17,142 nucleotides of DNA from the NCBI GenBank assembly GCA_001600695.1, contig BCKQ01000002.1:2026640-2043781 (forward strand). The letters are read 5' to 3'. The position numbers and the translations under genes are program-made. Positions 8,719 through 16,757 of the stretch are shown one piece after another. Below the pieces are notes generated by a model that worked only from the letters and a program-made list of their open reading frames with translations, searched no databases and was not told where the DNA came from. Origin of the DNA: Ascoidea asiatica JCM 7603. Its lineage: Eukaryota > Fungi > Ascomycota. Numbering within the stretch: the stretch's first letter is position 1; each line of letters starts with the position of its first letter.

Positions 8719-10437
8719 ATGTTTCAAAATATTATTTCAAAAGTAATTCCCAAAAAGGAGAAATTCAGATTCATTTATATAACTTTGCTACTATTATTTA
8801 TTTCAATATTATTTTGGATAAATTTTTCAATTATAAGAGAAAATGACAATGAAAACGAAATACAGAATAAGTTTTTATTGGAAAAAAGTTTAGTAAAAGA
8901 AAATTCTCTAGAAAGAAATATAGATAATTCTTTTAAAGATAAAACAAATCTTAGATTTATTCCTTTTGTTATAATTGAAAATTTATATTCAAAATTTTTA
9001 ACCAATAATGAAATTATATTAAAAAATGATGAAGATAATAAATTTGATTGGACAAAGGTTGCTTATGTTCAAATTGGTTTAAACTGTCAAGATTTGTGTA
9101 ACTGTCTAATGAATTTTATTCAATTGAGAGAAAAATTTGGTACGAAAGCAGATTTAATATTACTATATTATAATTCCCAAGAGATTTTAAATAATATTTC
9201 CAAAAATGAGGTTTATTTTAAAAAAATATTAAAAATAATGGAAGAGAAATATAATATTAAAGTTATAAAAATATCAAGAATTATAAAATTCAATTTTGAA
9301 AATGAATATCCTTTTACAGATATAGTAAATTTGAATTCTAATGAAGATTCTGAATTTATAAACACAGAAGTTGATCCAATTATTATTACTTCTTTTCTAA
9401 AATTAGAGTTACTCAAATTAGTTAACTATAATAAAATCATTTTTTTTGAAAATGAATCAAAAATTATTGGAAGTTTAGATGAATTATTTTTTATTCCAGA
9501 TTGTGATTTGGCTTTACCTATTTTAAATTTTTTTACATTTAATAATCTAAGAATGAAAATTAAAGATATAGCATTTATGAATGAATTAAATAAATTAACC
9601 TCAGAAGAATTTTTAAATAAATATGGAGATTATTTAAGTAAGAAAAATAAAAGTGAAAGATATAAAAATGAAATAATCAATAAATCAATTATTGAATATA
9701 ACACTTTTCATAATCTCAAAAACAATAGCTATATGAATCATAAAGAATATTCAAAAATTATTTATGAAAATTTGCCAAAATTTGAATTTTTTGATAAAAA
9801 TTATGAAATTAGTTTAAATGAAAAATTAATGGTAATCAAACCTTCAATGAAAGTTTATAATTCATTAGTTAAGATTTCCAAAGAAAAAAATATTAAAGAA
9901 GATTTTAGTGATATAATTAATAAATATTATACATATAATGATATTATGAAAAGAAATGAAAATAATATTAAAAAAAAAATCAATAAAATTCCAGATTTAT
10001 TAATTTTACCAAATATTAATTATGGAATATTTTCAAGTTATTTAAATAGAAATAAGAATGATCTATCTCACCAAATTTTATTATGCGAACCAAATGATTT
10101 ACCATTAATATATGAACCAAGAAAAAGGAAATTTGAAGAAAGTATTAAAAATAAATTCTATTGGTATAATTCCTGGGATTCTAAGAATATAATTGAAAAT
10201 AAGATAAGAATAATTTACTTTTCAGATCATTTGATTCCAAAACCTTGGATTCAACAAGATTCTAATAAGTATTATAATCAATATACAGGCATTTGCAATA
10301 GTGACGAAGAAAGAAAAGAGCAGTTTAAAGATAAAATGCACAAGCCAAAGATAATCGACGATTGTTATTCCAGCCAGTTTTGGTTCAAATTGTATAATGA
10401 CTTTTATGAAGAAAATAATAAATATTGCCCCATGTAA
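8719..10437 (+). CDS. GT8-family GNT1-like (glucose N-acetyltransferase / GlcNAc-transferase-like) type II membrane protein, catalytic motifs degenerate
   Basis: Short basic N-tail plus a single TM helix (FIYITLLLLFISILFWINFSII). DWTKVAYVQ...LCNCLMNF..L...GTKADLILL, SFLKL, YNKIIFF...SLDELFFIP, LMVIKPS, FSDHLIPKPW and terminal C...W..LY..F....C all match yeast Gnt1-like proteins. No symbol given because it may be a non-catalytic paralog. Confidence 0.8.
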   Translation: MFQNIISKVIPKKEKFRFIYITLLLLFISILFWINFSIIRENDNENEIQNKFLLEKSLVKENSLERNIDNSFKDKTNLRFIPFVIIENLYSKFLTNNEIILKNDEDNKFDWTKVAYVQIGLNCQDLCNCLMNFIQLREKFGTKADLILLYYNSQEILNNISKNEVYFKKILKIMEEKYNIKVIKISRIIKFNFENEYPFTDIVNLNSNEDSEFINTEVDPIIITSFLKLELLKLVNYNKIIFFENESKIIGSLDELFFIPDCDLALPILNFFTFNNLRMKIKDIAFMNELNKLTSEEFLNKYGDYLSKKNKSERYKNEIINKSIIEYNTFHNLKNNSYMNHKEYSKIIYENLPKFEFFDKNYEISLNEKLMVIKPSMKVYNSLVKISKEKNIKEDFSDIINKYYTYNDIMKRNENNIKKKINKIPDLLILPNINYGIFSSYLNRNKNDLSHQILLCEPNDLPLIYEPRKRKFEESIKNKFYWYNSWDSKNIIENKIRIIYFSDHLIPKPWIQQDSNKYYNQYTGICNSDEERKEQFKDKMHKPKIIDDCYSSQFWFKLYNDFYEENNKYCPM

Positions 10438-10588
10438 ATCAACCAAAGTCTCTAATCAGAATAGACACAAATAAACCTTTGTAGCCTCGAACAAATCACA
10501 AGCAGCAAAAACAGCACAAATAATAAAATTTTCAGCTACTTCTTTAAATATTTCCTGAGATCTCTTTTTTCTTTTTTCTCATGAAGTC

Positions 10589-10660
10589 GGCCGTGTGGTC
10601 TAGTGGTATGATTCCTGCTTTGGGTGCAGGAGGCCCTGGGTTCAATTCCCAGCTCGGCCC
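10589..10660 (+). tRNA. tRNA-Pro(UGG), intronless
   Basis: 72-nt cloverleaf: acceptor GGCCGTG/CTCGGCC (U6-U67 mismatch), D arm TGGTCTAGTGGTATGAT (A box), anticodon stem CCTGC/GCAGG with TGG at 10621-10623, T arm CTGGG-TTCAATT-CCCAG (B box), discriminator C. Confidence 0.97.
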
Positions 10661-10665
10661 GGTTC

Positions 10666-10674
10666 TTTTTTTTT
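10666..10674 (+). terminator. RNA polymerase III oligo-T terminator of tRNA-Pro
   Basis: T9 run 5 nt after the tRNA 3' end. Confidence 0.85.
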
Positions 10675-10884
10675 ATACATTGTATAAAATGTAAGACTCC
10701 CGAAAGTTTGGCTTTAGTAAATTAATGCATTTTGACAACACCAAATCTTGGTGCAAATTGCAATTGAAATTTTGAATTATTTCAATAATAATAATAGTTT
10801 TAATAAATTCAATGTTCTTTCAATGATAGTCAGTTTTTGATTACTTGAATTCAATATCAATTGAATATTCTCAGACTGCTCAAG

Positions 10885-13572
10885 ATGAGGTTTTCTTCAA
10901 GTGCTTCTTTCAGAGTGCTTTTCTATTCATTTTTATTCACATTTCTAATATCGTCTTCATTTGCTAAATATAATGATAATAATAGTAATAAGGATAACGA
11001 TTTAATTTCAAATTATGAAACTTACACAAATGATTCCTTATCATTTAATCCATATAGATCAAATTGTCATTTTAGTATAAAATCAAAATTTCAAACTAAT
11101 AATATGATCATTGGTTTGATGTGGTTTAATATAAATTCATATCAAGGTATCAAAAATATTAAACATTTTATAGAAAATAATAATGATAATATTAAATCAA
11201 GTTGGCTAAAATTTGATCCAAGAAAAGGTGGTAGACAAATAATAAAAGATACTGAATCAAATTTGAATTTGATCATTGATTTTGTTAAAGATCAAAATAC
11301 TTTAAATTGGGGTGTTAAAATTAAAGGAATTCCAATTAAATCAAAATTTCCAATTCATGATCCTAATAATGAAAATAATTATATTTCTAGTGAAGATACC
11401 AAAACTTCTTTAATAGTGTATGTTGCTTTTGAAAATGATAAAGATTCTGATAATAATGAAGTTGACGAAAATATATTAAATAATGGAGTATTTAACTTAA
11501 TTAAAGACGATACAAAATTTGATTCAAATAATAATAGAAATATGAGATTTACTGGTTTTACAAATCATTTAGGCTTATTTGATTTTGAAATTATTGATAA
11601 TTCAAAAATCAATAATTATCCAAAAATTAAAAATAAAAGATTTAATATATTTAAAGATCTTAATTTAAATCCTTCTAAAAATCATTATTTATCTTTAGTT
11701 GTACCAAATAATAATATTTTTAGAGCAAAAGAAATTTTTGTAACTTTATTACAAGATTCTATTCAAAAATTAAATGATGATCCTCAATTAAAAGAAAAAA
11801 TTGATTTTAAAGATGTTCCTGCAGAAATTGGTTTAAATTTAAGAAATTTAAATAATTATGAAGGTAATTTACATTATGTTCAAAAAAATTTCATAAATAA
11901 TTTTGAAATTGATCTTTTATTTAATTCAAAAATTTCAATTTCTAATTCTGATTCTAAAACAATTGGTAATGATAATCAACAACTTTCCTCGGAATTATTA
12001 AATGATTTAATTGTTAAAAATTTAAATTCATTTGATAATAAATTTGATTCAATTTTCAAATTAAATGAACCTTTCAATAAAGATTTAAAATTTAAAAGAT
12101 TTGGTAAAGAATTTATTTCAACTTTATTAGCTGGAATTAGTCATTTTTATGGTAAACAAATTGTTGATAGAGAAACTGAATTTGATGAAAATATGGAATT
12201 AAAAAATGGTAAATTAGAAGGACCATATGAATTGTTAACTTCTATACCTTCAAGAAGTTTTTTTCCAAGAGGTTTCTATTGGGATGAAGGTTTTCATTTA
12301 ATTCCAATTATGGAATATGATCTAGATTTATCTTTAGAAATTTTAAAAAGCTGGTTTAATTTAATTGATGAAAATGGTTGGATTGCAAGAGAACAGATTT
12401 TAGGTCCTGAGGCAAGAAGTAAAGTACCAAAAGAATTTCAAACTCAAAACCCTCATATTGCTAATCCTCCAACAATGATGTTACTTTTTGCAAATCTTTT
12501 AGAAAAAGCCAATGCAATGAAATCTATCGAAAATCAAAAAACTGATCCTAACTTAAATAAAGATATTGATGAACCAGAATCAGTTGATGATTTTGGATCA
12601 TTTTCCAACGATGATGGTAATGTAATTGATTATTCTTTTATTAAAGGTTCGACAGATGCTCATTTAAAATACCCTAATTTATTAATAGATTATGCTCATA
12701 AGATTTACCCAGATTTAAAAAAACATTATGATTGGTTCAGAAGAACTCAGAAAGGTGAAGTGGAAGATTTAAATCGAGATCATTATGATAATGAGGAAAT
12801 TTTTAGATGGGTAGGTAGAACTGCTACTCATTGTTTACCAAGTGGTTTAGATGATTATCCTAGAAGTGAAAATGTTGATATTGCAGAATTGAATGTTGAT
12901 TTAATGTCATGGATGGGTGTAATGACTAGATCAATGAAATTAATTTCAAAACTTTTGAATTATGAAGAAGATTTTTTGAAATATTCCTCAATCGAAAAAA
13001 AAATTATTTATAATATTGAAAATTTATTTTGGAATTCTGAAAATAAAACGTATTGTGATATTACTGCTGATTTCAATGATGATGATATTTTTGTATGTCA
13101 TAAAGGTTATGTCTCATTATTCCCATTTTTATTGAAATTAATTCCAGTTGAGGAACAAAACAAAGAACATATCATTGAAACTATTAAATTAATGGGAGAT
13201 AAAAATGAATTATATAGTTCGTATGGATTAAGAAGTTTAAGTAAACAAGATGAATTTTTTAGAACTGGAGAAGATTATTGGAGAGGTTCAATTTGGATGA
13301 ATATCAATTATTTAGCACTTGACAGTTTAAGATATTATATCAAAGAAAGTGAAGAAAAAAGTTTGTTAAGTCCTAGTGAACTTAAAGTTGGTAAAAAATT
13401 ATATAAAAATTTGAGAATTAATCTTGTCACTAATGTTTATAATAATTGGAAAACTGACGGAACTGCTTGGGAAAGTTATTATGAAGATACAGGTAAAGGG
13501 AAAGGTGCTAAAAACTTTTTAGGGTGGACTTCCTTGGTTGTAATGATAATGAAAATGCCTGAAAGTATATAA
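10885..13572 (+). CDS. CWH41: ER processing alpha-glucosidase I (GH63), 895 aa from the first ATG
   Basis: N-terminal hydrophobic segment (VLFYSFLFTFLISSSFA), PYRS, PSRSFFPRGFYWDEGFH, GWIAREQILGPEARSKVP, ANPPT, catalytic SGLDDYPR, CHKGYVSLFPFLL, YWRGSIWMNINYL, WESY and FLGWTSLV. The ORF track starts at TTG 10861; the first ATG is at 10885. Confidence 0.95.
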   Translation: MRFSSSASFRVLFYSFLFTFLISSSFAKYNDNNSNKDNDLISNYETYTNDSLSFNPYRSNCHFSIKSKFQTNNMIIGLMWFNINSYQGIKNIKHFIENNNDNIKSSWLKFDPRKGGRQIIKDTESNLNLIIDFVKDQNTLNWGVKIKGIPIKSKFPIHDPNNENNYISSEDTKTSLIVYVAFENDKDSDNNEVDENILNNGVFNLIKDDTKFDSNNNRNMRFTGFTNHLGLFDFEIIDNSKINNYPKIKNKRFNIFKDLNLNPSKNHYLSLVVPNNNIFRAKEIFVTLLQDSIQKLNDDPQLKEKIDFKDVPAEIGLNLRNLNNYEGNLHYVQKNFINNFEIDLLFNSKISISNSDSKTIGNDNQQLSSELLNDLIVKNLNSFDNKFDSIFKLNEPFNKDLKFKRFGKEFISTLLAGISHFYGKQIVDRETEFDENMELKNGKLEGPYELLTSIPSRSFFPRGFYWDEGFHLIPIMEYDLDLSLEILKSWFNLIDENGWIAREQILGPEARSKVPKEFQTQNPHIANPPTMMLLFANLLEKANAMKSIENQKTDPNLNKDIDEPESVDDFGSFSNDDGNVIDYSFIKGSTDAHLKYPNLLIDYAHKIYPDLKKHYDWFRRTQKGEVEDLNRDHYDNEEIFRWVGRTATHCLPSGLDDYPRSENVDIAELNVDLMSWMGVMTRSMKLISKLLNYEEDFLKYSSIEKKIIYNIENLFWNSENKTYCDITADFNDDDIFVCHKGYVSLFPFLLKLIPVEEQNKEHIIETIKLMGDKNELYSSYGLRSLSKQDEFFRTGEDYWRGSIWMNINYLALDSLRYYIKESEEKSLLSPSELKVGKKLYKNLRINLVTNVYNNWKTDGTAWESYYEDTGKGKGAKNFLGWTSLVVMIMKMPESI

Positions 13573-13867
13573 AGATAAAATTTTATACGATAATATACAA
13601 TCTATATAATGAATTTGTCAAAATTATTATAAGTTAAAGTGGAAGTTGAATTATTTTGACAATTCAAAGTAAACTTAGAGTTTCCAAATATTTAACAATA
13701 TCAGAGTTATTTTGAGAAAGAAGTTAAAAAAATTTAATTTTGCCAATAGAGAGATTGATAAGAATATAAACTAATTTATTTTTTGTTGATTATATAATTT
13801 CTATTTTTATACTTTATATATTGTATATATCCATGCACGAACTATACCACAAGACAGAATAAAGAAT

Positions 13868-14503
13868 CTATTTTCCTTCAACTCTAGTACTGATGATTTC
13901 AAAATTTTTGATATTTTTAGCTAATAATGGATCAGCAAGAACCATTTTAAACCATCTTGAAATATTTGGATGAGCAGCAGCCCAAGATTTATCCCAACAA
14001 ATTTCGAAACATTGTTTAAAGAAAACACCAGTGAAATAATCAGCTAAAGTGATACCTTCACCAACTAAATAAGTATGTTCACCAAGGTAATCTTCAAAAA
14101 CTTTGGCGTATTTATCTAAAGATTTTCTACCAGCTTCGGATCTTGCAGCGTCAAATGGATAAAATAACCAATTGTTTGCATTAACATATTCAGAAGTTAC
14201 ATCAGAATTAACTAAAGATAACCATTTTAAGATTTCAAAATATTCTTCTTTTGTTGAACCTAAAATATTTCCAGGAGTTTTAATTAAAGAAACAACATAG
14301 AATACAATTGCTAAAGTTTCATGTAATTTAAATTTTCCATCAGTTGAAATATAAGCAGGAACTTTACCTAATGGGAAATTTGCTTTGAAAATAGCATCAG
14401 GCTCAGCAACCTTGACTGGTAAATTGTAGGCTTCAATAATGTAATTTAAGATTGGACATCTTGGAGAAGCAGCTGGAGAATATAAAGTACCAATATAAGA
14501 CAT
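13868..14503 (-). CDS. Stand-alone EF1Bgamma-class glutathione S-transferase-fold protein (N-terminal half of Tef4/Cam1 only), 211 aa
   Basis: MS..GTLY...SPR, FPLGKVPAY (cis-Pro loop), KLHETLAIVFY, ILKWLSLVNSD, TYLVGEGITLAD (N-capping box) and HPNISRWF. It ends at TAG with no C-terminal EF1G domain. Confidence 0.85.
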   Translation of the reverse strand: MSYIGTLYSPAASPRCPILNYIIEAYNLPVKVAEPDAIFKANFPLGKVPAYISTDGKFKLHETLAIVFYVVSLIKTPGNILGSTKEEYFEILKWLSLVNSDVTSEYVNANNWLFYPFDAARSEAGRKSLDKYAKVFEDYLGEHTYLVGEGITLADYFTGVFFKQCFEICWDKSWAAAHPNISRWFKMVLADPLLAKNIKNFEIISTRVEGK

Positions 14504-14654
14504 TATTGATTGAAATTTAGTTTGTTTATTTGAAAATAATATTTATTGAAATTGAGTAGTTTGAAAATGAATTATTCTTGATTATGATAATTTTAGTTGA
14601 GAATGATTAAAAATTAAATTTAAAAATCAAAAATATCTAGTGATTATGATGAGG

Positions 14655-14661
14655 TTTTATA
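14655..14661 (-). promoter_or_regulatory. Candidate TATA box of the GST-fold gene
   Basis: TATAAAA on the minus strand about 150 bp upstream of ATG 14503. The AT-rich background weakens this call. Confidence 0.35.
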
Positions 14662-15402
14662 TGAATGTAAAATATAATTGAATTCTTTTCAATCTATAGG
14701 AATGATTCTATTGAATATAATTTGCTTATTTACAATTATTTCATTGCTTCATTATAATTTTTAGAATAAAATAAAAGAACTGCAAAAATTTCCTATTTAG
14801 GGTAAATATTTCATCTTCATCTTTGGAATGAATATATTTGAAATTTCAATGTATAGTTTTGAGACATTTCGTGAAATTTTTAAGCAATATCATTGGAGTA
14901 ATTTTGCACAATGTTTATTAAACTCTTAACTTAACAATATTAAAAATAAGTGGAGAATAATCGAGAAACTTTTACTATACAAAACAAAAGAATTATCTAA
15001 AGATTTTTATTTGAACTTTTCTATATTTATTCAAGTTACTCGCCATTGAAATTTATACCAAAAAAGACATTTTCTTCATTAAGGCTATTCCTTGAACTTA
15101 CCCAAATCTTAAATCATCACAATATTGCATATAATTGATAAATTCAATTCGTTGAAATCTCATCTCAGTGTTTTCAAAACTTGTATATTCAATTCAAATG
15201 ATAGAACCATACAGATAATTCAAGAAATGTACTTTTATAACCCCGTAACTAATAAAAACATCCCAAGGCCCGTTTAAATTATTCGAGTCTGTTTTATTTC
15301 CCGAAACAAAAAATTTTATTTTCGTCCCAAATACAAATGCCCGTGGGTCCAAAAAAAAAACAGACCCCGAAATATTTTCCATGGAGCACGGATTTTGAAT
15401 AA

Positions 15403-15895
15403 TGATTGTAGTTCGAACGAAATATCTAATTATTACTAAGAAGATATCTAATTCAAATTATAAACAATTGTTAATTAAAATATAAAATATACAAAAATTA
15501 TATAAAAACTATGGGAAGTAAGTGCCCTATTTATATTTTTAGTGGAAAATAGGAGCGGGTAATCCATCTTAAGAATAAATTTGTAAATTTAGTATGTGAA
15601 AGTTCACTTCCCATACTTAAGAAAAGAAATATAATAAAGTATTGTTCTAGAAGACACTACGTAATTCTGAGAACAAACACGAAAATTCCAGTACATTCGA
15701 GATGCACACAGAACTTCAAAAAAAGAATAAATAATGCAGACCCAAAATTTTCTAGTACATTTAAGATGCACACGGAAGTTCTAAGAACCCAAAAGAATGT
15801 AGTCGTGAAACAATTTATGCAATCTTAGAAAGTGTAAGAATAGCCTAGAATATTCGAAGACAATTCCAATAAAAGAATAAAATGCTTAACAATCA
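15403..15895 (-). repeat. Probable 3' LTR (~493 bp)
   Basis: 7-bp inverted termini TGATTGT (15403-15409) / ACAATCA (15889-15895), starting 13 nt after the integrase stop and a degenerate PPT-like TTGGG. Minus-strand TATAAATAG at 15535-15527 and U3-like direct repeats. Alternative termini are TGTTAA/TTAACA (15469-15891). The second LTR is not in the window. Confidence 0.65.
15682..15781. repeat. Imperfect ~37-bp direct repeat pair inside the LTR
   Basis: aaaattccagtacattcgagatgcacacagaacttc (15682-15717) versus aaaattttctagtacatttaagatgcacacggaagttc (15744-15781). Confidence 0.85.
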
Positions 15896-15908
15896 AATAG
15901 CCCAACGT

Positions 15909-16755
15909 TTATAAATAGAAAGTCCTTGAGATTTTAGTTAATCTTAATCTATCACCATTTAGTAATTTTTGAGAATCATTGAAAAAAGTTTTAATTGGAT
16001 GCTTATTTTCAGTCAAAGCGGGAAGTAATCTATTACCATTCACTTTATTTTTAATATCAACAGCGGTTAAAGTAGAAAGTTTGTAAACATTATTATCAAA
16101 AACCTTTTTCACAGTATGTGGACCATGATAAGATGGTTCCAATTTGTGTTTTCTAATTCTTTGTCTTAAAACATAATCACCAACTTCAAAAACTTTAATG
16201 AATGCTTTGTTTACTTGAAGGCTCTTTTTGGTATTTGCAATGTCCATTTAATTTTGGAATGTTTCTTTCTTTTTTCATTTAGCTTTTGAATTTGTTAGAC
16301 TCTTAATTGATTACCTTCTTGATCCTCGCCATCTGTAGGTTCTCTTGCATAAGGTTGCATATTATTGCTTGAACCTGAATATACACCAAAAGCTAAAAGG
16401 TAAGGTGATAATCCATATTTTGACTTTCTTGACCTCTATTGAATTACTGCAGCATTGATAAGTAGGTCCCATTCTAAGGAAACATTCAAATGAAATAAAA
16501 TTTGTTTGAATAAACCATTAGACTTCTCACATTTAACATTAGTCTCTGGGTGATATGGAGAGGTTTTGCGACATTTGATTCCTAAGGAATCTAATTTCTC
16601 AATAACATTATTTGCAACAAAACCAGAACCATTATCCATAATTATTTTTTTCATTTGACCATGGTTTGTGACGATAGTTTGAATTAAATTTAAAACATGT
16701 AACGAGCCAGTATCTGGTGTTGCAACAGCATAAGCATAATCTGTACTCAAATTTT
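15909..16755 (-). pseudogene. N-terminally truncated, disrupted Ty3/gypsy-type integrase
   Basis: Begins at ...STDYAYAVAT, with no HHCC zinc finger and no first catalytic Asp. Second Asp at 16634-16636. In-frame stops at 16436-16438 (TAG) and 16295-16297 (TAA), a frameshift near 16250, and a final TAA at 15909-15911. No chromodomain seen. Confidence 0.88.
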
Positions 16756-16757
16756 TC

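Noticed and set aside
2789-10446. Short antisense ORFs overlapping the main genes (2789-3130, 2968-3234, 5380-5664, 6121-6336, 6470-6754, 6648-6848, 8775-9005, 9213-9416, 10222-10446)
   Set aside because: Shadow frames of real CDSs, rich in F/I/L/S, with no recognisable motifs.
7154-10884. TTG-initiated N-terminal extensions of VPS25 (7154) and CWH41 (10861)
   Set aside because: In-frame ATGs follow within 4 and 8 codons with A at -3; the TTG starts are ORF-finder artefacts.
2088-13572. Functional carbohydrate gene cluster (GH3 + GT8 + GH63)
   Set aside because: The products act in different compartments and pathways, are interleaved with unrelated genes, and share no regulatory motif that I could see.
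10589-15403. tRNA-targeted integration of the Ty3/gypsy element
   Set aside because: The tRNA is about 4.7 kb and two genes away. A tRNA beyond the right edge cannot be excluded.
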